Positions 55,681 to 64,000 of a DNA stretch of 64,000 nucleotides are shown piece by piece. The translations under genes and the position numbers were made by a program. This DNA comes from Octopus vulgaris (lineage: Eukaryota). Location: positions 26,598,001-26,662,000 of the forward strand of contig OX597833.1 of assembly GCA_951406725.2 (NCBI GenBank), written 5' to 3'. Within the stretch, counting starts at the first letter, position 1; each line of letters opens with the position of its first letter. The notes beneath the pieces were generated by a model. That model was not told where the DNA came from, made no database searches, and saw nothing but the letters and a program-made list of their open reading frames with translations.

Positions 55681-56122
55681 TCTTTTATTCTTTTATTCTT
55701 TTACTCGTTTCAGTCATTTGACTGCAGCCATACTATGGACACGCCTTTAGTTGAACAAACCGACCCCAGGACTTATACTTTGTAAGCTTCTTACTTATCC
55801 CAAGTGTCTCTTTTGCCGAACCGCTAAGTTGCGAGGGATGTAAACCCATCAATATCGGTTGACAAGCAATGGTGGGTAACGAACACAGGCACACAAGCTC
55901 ACACACACACATACATACGCGCGCACACACACACACACACACATGCATATATATATATATATATATATATACAACAGGCTTCATTCAGTTTCCCTCTCTA
56001 CCAAATCCACTCACAAGGTTTTGGTCGACCCGAAGCTATAGTAAGGGTGCCACGCAGTGGGACTGAACACGGAACCATGTGGTTGGGAAGCAAGCTTCTT
56101 ACCACACAGCCGCTCCTGCGCC
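55681..56122 (-). mobile_element. SINE family B
   Basis: Reverse complement of the family B pattern. Confidence 0.88.
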
Positions 56123-56273
56123 TATTTATTATATATGCACATATATGTGTGTGTGTATGTAGAGAAACACACATTTATAACTCGTTCATTTGAAACGTTA
56201 CACGTGTATATGAAAGATAATTTTTTAACTCATTCACCCACCTGAGTGATTTACTTATCTAGTTACAGTTACT

Positions 56274-56331
<58 letters not shown>

Positions 56332-56780
56332 TAATAATGATAATAATAATAATAATAATATTAATAATAACGATGATGAGGATTATGAATTGTAATATAT
56401 GTGTGCTGGTATTTGTGTGTATGTGTGTGTGTGTTTGTGTGTGTGTGTGTGCGAGAGAGAGAGTGTGTGTGTGTGTGTGTGTGTTTGCGTTGTTGCTAAG
56501 CTAAGGAATTGAATTCGACAACAGTTTCTGAAGAAGTCCTGGGACCATCTACAAATTTAGAGTGAGACGCTGGGAAATGAGAAAAATAACTAACTATCTG
56601 CTACTTACCGACCGTGAATCGGAGTTTTACGTTATCAATGCCTACCAGCTGTGTTTGCGGAAATATTTAATAAATTCTATTTGAATCAATTGGAAATAAA
56701 AATATATAAAATACGTTCGCTTTCACACAAGAATTTGGAGAGATTCTTTCAAAACGCATGATTATCATCAGCATCATTAC

Positions 56781-56817
<37 letters not shown>

Positions 56818-56935
56818 TCTTCATTATCACTATCGGCAGTAGCAACAATACTATAGTTAGCCTTACTATTTCAAAACTATATACATATTAACATATTACG
56901 CATATATTCAAACAAAAGAATAATACATACATACA

Positions 56936-56971
<36 letters not shown>

Positions 56972-56989
56972 TATATATATGTGTGTGTG

Positions 56990-57111
<122 letters not shown>

Positions 57112-58277
57112 CGTCCCTAAGTAAAAGAAATGGTTGTTAGTAGAATTGTTGGAGCGTTGGAAAAAGTACCTTGTTCATTCGTTCCCATTGTTTGCATTTT
57201 AAGTTCAAATCCTTTCGATATCAACTTCCCTTTTTATCATTTTGGGTTCGATATAATATGTAACCATTCAAGTACTGACGGTGATATACTCGACTAGATC
57301 CTCTCCACCTATGCATCTGACCTTCTGCCTAATTTGAAATAATTATCATAATTATTTGTAATAGTAGTAGTAGTAGTAGGTGTGGCGGTGGTGATGGTGG
57401 TGGTAGTAGTATTTGCTGCTGCTACTGTAGGTGTAACGACATTGAAATGAGTTTCACGGTCAGCGTTTTTGGTCTACAGTCGTCAAGTTCGAATCCAGAT
57501 ACGTCTTACAAGGCATATAACAAATTTATCATATATTAACATCATGTTAATTAACAATTTCAAAAGTAACACACGCATACACACACTCACGTATGGAAAT
57601 ATATGAACATATATATATAGAGAGAGAGAAAGAACAGACATAGGGAGAGAAAAAGGGAGAGAAAGATGGTGAGAGAGACAGATAGATGGGTACATACATG
57701 AACGTATATAACGCTGTTACATATATACAAACATGCACAGATACAAAAGTAGGCACGTGGATGTCAGTGTTTGTCAGAGAGAGAATGGGAGAGAAAAAAG
57801 CTTTTGTGTACAGTTTTGTGCACATGTGGTCGTGTGTATAAACGTGGACGTTCTTGTGAGGGAGAGCTTGTTATTTATGTCTGAATGTGTTGAAGTGGTG
57901 AGCTAATTGAAGAGAAAACAAGTTAATCTCCTCAAATCATAAATTTACATATATACAGACACACAGACACATACGTACGTATTTATATATATATGTGTAT
58001 ATATGTATGTATGTCTGTATACATATGTATGTCTGTATATATATATATATATACATATAAATACATCCATATATATGTATTTATTTACATATATATATAT
58101 ATGTATATATCTTTATATATATATGTGTGTGTATGCATATATAGTGAGAGATAGATGGATAGGCAGAGAGACAGACATAGATTGAAAAGTGTGTAGCTCT
58201 AGCTCCACCGCATCACATTGCCTCAATCACATGCACACAAGCACATACGTGTGTATATATATATATACATATATATG

Positions 58278-58328
<51 letters not shown>

Positions 58329-58362
58329 GTACATATATATATATACATATATATATATATAC

Positions 58363-58435
<73 letters not shown>

Positions 58436-58487
58436 TTGATAGAAGACAGGTTTGTGTGTATATTTGCTTGTGTGTGTGAGTGTGTGT

Positions 58488-58531
<44 letters not shown>

Positions 58532-59076
58532 ATGCGTGCGTATGAGTGTGTGTGTTGATATACGTTGTGCCGCTTACGAAATAAATAATTCAATAATTTT
58601 TTTTTTTAAAAGTGAAGAAATAAAGAAAACAAAATACCAGAAGCACGCCAATGCTATTGCCGAAGATATATTCAAAAACGCCTACACCGATAACGGTAGA
58701 ACCGCAGCACGCTTCTTGTTGTATTCTATTGAATATTGTAAGGAGAAATCAATCTGTTCAAGAATTCCCTCACATGGTGGCAGCACTAGTGAATTCACTG
58801 TTTTGTCCGCAGCGGAGTAGTTACGACTTGTATTCCATAGTTCTGTAGTTCTTGCACTGCCACATCACTTGTGCTGACAGGCTAAGCATTATGTCCGTCC
58901 GTTTAGCTGTTTGTCTGCGCGATATTTCTTCTGTCTATTATATTTATTTATTCATTTATTTATTTCATTTTTCCTCTAAACATGTCTCGTCTGCTATTCT
59001 GCTTTTTTCATTTTTTTAACACTCTCGTGATTTTTTTTATCTCATCGTTCTCTCCAACACTCATTCCGGCGCACTT

Positions 59077-59177
<101 letters not shown>

Positions 59178-59299
59178 CCAACTCTGTCTCGTTCATATTA
59201 CTTTTCTCTCCCTCTCTCTTTCCTTCCATCTCTCTATCTATCTATATTTCTATTTATCAACACGTATATCTTCAAGTATACACACAGTATATATTCATA

Positions 59300-59337
<38 letters not shown>

Positions 59338-59427
59338 TAATAATAATAATAATAATGATAATAGAAATAATATATATAAATATATAAATATATACATACG
59401 CATATGTACATACATCTATACGTGTAC

Positions 59428-59471
<44 letters not shown>

Positions 59472-59482
59472 GTATAGATGTA

Positions 59483-59920
<438 letters not shown>

Positions 59921-59946
59921 TATATATATATACATGTATATATATT

Positions 59947-60358
59947 AGGAGTGGCTGTGTGGTAAGTAGCTGCTTACGAACCACATAGTTCCGGGTTCAG
60001 TCCCAGTGCGTGGCACATTGGGTAAGTGTCTTCTACTATAGCCTCGGGCCGAGCAAGGCCTTGTGAGTGGATTTGGTAGACGGAAACTGAAAGAAGCCCG
60101 TCATATATATGTATATATGTATATATACATATATATGTATGTGCGTGTTTGTGTGTCTGTGTTTGTCCCCCCAATATCGCTTGACAACCGATGCCGGTGT
60201 ATTTATGTCCACGTAACTTAGCGGTTCGGCAAAAATAGACCGATAAAATAAGTACTAGGCTTACAAAGAATAAGTCCTGGGGTCGATTTGATCGACTAAA
60301 GGCGGTGCTGCAGCATGGCCACAGTCACATGACTGAAACAAGTAAAAGAGTAAAAGAG
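59947..60358 (+). mobile_element. SINE family B
   Basis: Homology to the 47008 copy. Confidence 0.9.
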
Positions 60359-60360
60359 TT

Positions 60361-60469
<109 letters not shown>

Positions 60470-60472
60470 GTA

Positions 60473-60583
60473 AGTATGTACATATACGTATGTATATATG
60501 CATATATATTATTTAAATTATTATACGAATGAATGCCATGCATCCTTTTCCAAGTAAGTTTTATCTATCTATCTTTCTATCTT

Positions 60584-60620
<37 letters not shown>

Positions 60621-60621
60621 G

Positions 60622-60652
<31 letters not shown>

Positions 60653-60712
60653 GTATCTATCTATCTATATATATATAGAGAGAGAGAGAGTGAGAGAAAG
60701 AGAGAGAGAAAG

Positions 60713-60796
<84 letters not shown>

Positions 60797-60948
60797 CATA
60801 CATACATACATACATAGATACATAGATAGATAGATAGATAGATAGAAAAAAGATAGATAAAACTTACTTGGAAGAGGATGCATGGCATTCATTCGTATTA
60901 TAATATAGATAATATATATGCATATATACATACGTATATGTACATACT
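60473..60948. repeat. Large inverted duplication (unique ~90 bp outer arms plus (TATC)n/(GATA)n inner arms)
   Basis: CGAATGAATGCCATGCATCCTTTTCCAAGTAAGTTTTATC versus GATAAAACTTACTTGGAAGAGGATGCATGGCATTCATTCG. Confidence 0.9.
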
Positions 60949-60974
60949 GGTCGGTCATAGTGATCAAAGTGATA

Positions 60975-61010
<36 letters not shown>

Positions 61011-61012
<2 letters not shown>

Positions 61013-61256
61013 ACTTTGATCACTTTGACCGACCAGTCCGTCAGGCGTCCATTTGACACCGCTGGTCACAGCACGCTGTCCACTCCTCTCTGGATCGCGC
61101 CTTTCTCATCCACGTGATCCCAATCGTCCTCTTGAAATCGTCACTCCACCGTCGTGGAGGTCTTCCGGGTGGTCTTTTCCGCTCACGCGGGTACCACTCG
61201 ACAACTGCGTGCGTCCACCGATTATCGGTGAGCCGGGCGACGTGTCCAGCCCATCT
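61011..61256 (-). mobile_element. RTE-clade LINE 3' end
   Basis: [40 protein letters not shown] is a typical RTE C-terminus; short 3' UTR with (CAAAGTGAT)2 tail running into (TA)n. Confidence 0.88.
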
Positions 61257-61348
61257 ATACACAGAAACACATAGGCACTTGCACTCACACACACATGAAT
61301 ACACACATCTAGATATATGTATAAACATACATACATACATGCATATCC

Positions 61349-61393
<45 letters not shown>

Positions 61394-61434
61394 AGTATCT
61401 ATCTATCTCTCTCTCTCTCTATATATATATATAC

Positions 61435-61534
<100 letters not shown>

Positions 61535-61580
61535 TTATATATTTATATATTTATATATATATATATATATATACATACAT

Positions 61581-61633
<53 letters not shown>

Positions 61634-63296
61634 CATTGTTTCACACTTGCCATATGTGTAAATATATGTTTGTGCGTATGTGTATATATAAGAGTATGTT
61701 GTAATTATGTATGAGAATGAATGTTCTCTTGTGTGTGTGTATACTACAAAAGTATCTCACTGACATTTCTAACGCTAAATAAATTATCCAAATTTATTTA
61801 GTCATTCAAAAATGTGTATAGCTTCTATTTAACTGTTTAAGACACGATCTTGTTATTGGCTTTATGTTGAATAACTTGCTATTTTGTAGAATAACTTTCT
61901 AATTTCTATTATTATCAATTCCAACTAAGAAGCCAATGACCAGTAAGTCATTGTCTTTCGGGTTGTATTTAAGGAAAATACTTAAGTTGATAGATTATGA
62001 AGACGAGGCCACCTCTACCAGGCACTGCTATCCCAACATTTACTCCGAGACACCATCAAAATTAAAGACAACAGGAATACGATATACTCAACTAAATACA
62101 GGAAGACTAATCCTGCAATTAAGACCTGCCATCTGCGGTTAATGCTGTAGTTATTCCTTGTTTCGAATTTGCTCATTCCTTTTATCATTTCTGTTTCTTT
62201 TTCCTCAGTAGTGGTTCTTAATTTTTTTACCTGTAGACCCCTTTCATTCTTATTTTACTCTGGTGGACGACCATAGCCATTTGATGTTTAAAGAAATTCT
62301 ATATCTGTATAATTAAATATCATTAGTAATTGTATTTTAAAAAGTATTAAGACATTTTTTGTATTGTAAAAGTATAACCAATTTATTGCAGATAAATTTC
62401 AACAGCAAAACTCATATGGTCCCTCAAGAGCCATGTGGACACCAACTGGGAACCATCCCTGTAAAGGTTCTTGACATCGATTCAGCACTGGTGTTTGTAA
62501 CTCCATTTTTAGGACGGTATTTTATTCCAAAATTCTGTTATGCTTCTATTTTCCCTTCACAATTCTCTATTAAGTTCGTCCCTATTTTTGTTTGTTGTTC
62601 GTTTAAAGGCAGAAAACAACCCTCGGTCATCTTCATGTTTTCTAGCCCTTTGCTTTCATTTTTATTTTTCGATAATTTTGTAATTGTAATGTTTACGTAC
62701 AGTACATATTAAATATTAACATTATTCCAGCACCTTCCTTAATCCCTATATATTAAATATCATATTTTCTGTTAGACGTTAAGCAGGATGTTCTAAATGC
62801 AGTCATTTTTCTTTTCTTTTTCTTGTCTTGCTTTTTTTCATTAATCTATTAAGCTTCATATCTATAAATTATTACTGACATAGCTGTAGGTGTTTATTAC
62901 CATATCCTATGCATGTAATTCTGTCCTGAAAATTAATTTGATGCATCTCAAAAATATTCCTCCCTACTATTTCATATGTCTGTTGTACTTTATATAGTTC
63001 ATTGACTCCTAACGGTTGTGATTGGTTTCACTCCCTTATTTCTATTCATTTATCTAAACATGATGCTTGTGTTTATTTCCCTGATCAGAGCTATTTTGGT
63101 GAATATTTTAATCCAAATCACTCATCAATTCCTCTACTAAATCAGTATACGCTTTGTGGGGAATTTGTTAATCGACTTCAGGGAACAACATGAGATGACC
63201 ATATACAAAAGATGGTTGACTGACTTCCCTAAGTATCTCTGTTCAAGCAACATCTGGATTAACAGGTTAGTTACAGATGCTGTTATATGGTAGAAA

Positions 63297-63526
63297 AGGC
63301 GGCGAGCTAGCAGAAACGTTAGTACGCCGGGCAATATGTTAAGCGCTGTTTCGTCTGCTGTTACGTTCTGATTTCAAATTCCGCCGAAGTCGACTTTGCC
63401 TTTTATCCTTTCGGGGTCTATAAATTAAGTACCAGTTACGTACTGGGGTCGATGTAATCGACTTAATCCGTTTGTCTGTCCTTGTTTGTCCCCTCTATTG
63501 CCCTTGTAGGCAATAAAGAAATAAGA
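63297..63526 (+). mobile_element. SINE family A, near full length
   Basis: AGGCGGCGAGCTAGCAGAAACGTTAG...CCTTGTAGGCAATAAAGAAATAAG. Confidence 0.9.
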
Positions 63527-64000
63527 AAAGGCAAGCGGTTGTCCGAGATGCAGTCCCCTTCATACACTTCCCAAATTCATTTTCTAATCTTTATCTGCAA
63601 ACGCCATCTACTGTTCAATCCCAACCATCCTCACACTTTTTCTTTTTCGTTATGTATTCCTCACTAATAATATTGATGCAGAGGAGTAATTAATCTTTAT
63701 ACATCTATTAGAGTTCCTATTTTTGCTTCTAGTCATTTGGAACTATGCCATTGTTTTCAATATGTGGATGTTTATGCTCTACAATTTTCTTGCATCTAAA
63801 GTTTTGCTAGCTGAAAGAAAAACAAGTTAAAGGTTTGTAGTTTGACGATTTCCCACATCAATAAATATGGCAACTCAGTTTCCCTATTAAATGCGCCAAT
63901 CAGGTACTTTTGTAGTGCCTGGGCTAAATTTTGCGATGATTTAACATTCCATGGTTGATCAAGACCTGCGCATATTGTCCATTCGTCCCTGTGCATTCTA

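Noticed and set aside
58840-58870. miR-34-like seed TGGCAGTG on the minus strand
   Set aside because: The rest of the sequence does not match and no clear precursor hairpin is visible.
62392-62474. Possible terminal exon after TTTATTGCAG (DKFQQQNSYGPSRAMWTPTGNHPCKGS*)
   Set aside because: Weak polypyrimidine tract, no upstream exons found and no recognisable homology; needs RNA-seq.
63796-63996. Possible LINE RT remnant (AFNRE / VAIFIDV across a frameshift)
   Set aside because: Only a short motif at the window edge; insufficient evidence.

Overview
AT-rich, repeat-saturated eukaryotic non-coding DNA (intronic or intergenic). The SINE complement and extreme microsatellite density suggest a cephalopod (octopus-like) genome; this is inference. 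I recognise no intact host gene, and nearly all listed ORFs are translations of microsatellites. Contents: (1) at least ten 5'-truncated R4/Dong-type non-LTR retrotransposon remnants (CCHC knuckle, RHD motif, PD-(D/E) restriction-like endonuclease) with about five different 3' UTRs, the well-preserved ones sitting in (TAA)n tracts and often chained head-to-tail; (2) six copies of a non-coding ~0.55 kb/0.18 kb element that mostly also ends in (TAA)n; (3) dozens of tRNA-derived SINEs of several modular families; (4) RTE LINE, mariner, Helitron and Helentron-type remnants; (5) short elements between microsatellites carrying hammerhead-ribozyme-like folds, two with the same non-canonical CUGANGCG core; (6) an unusual set of long fold-back palindromes associated with (TA)n tracts. 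Coordinates were read by eye and may be off by a few bases.
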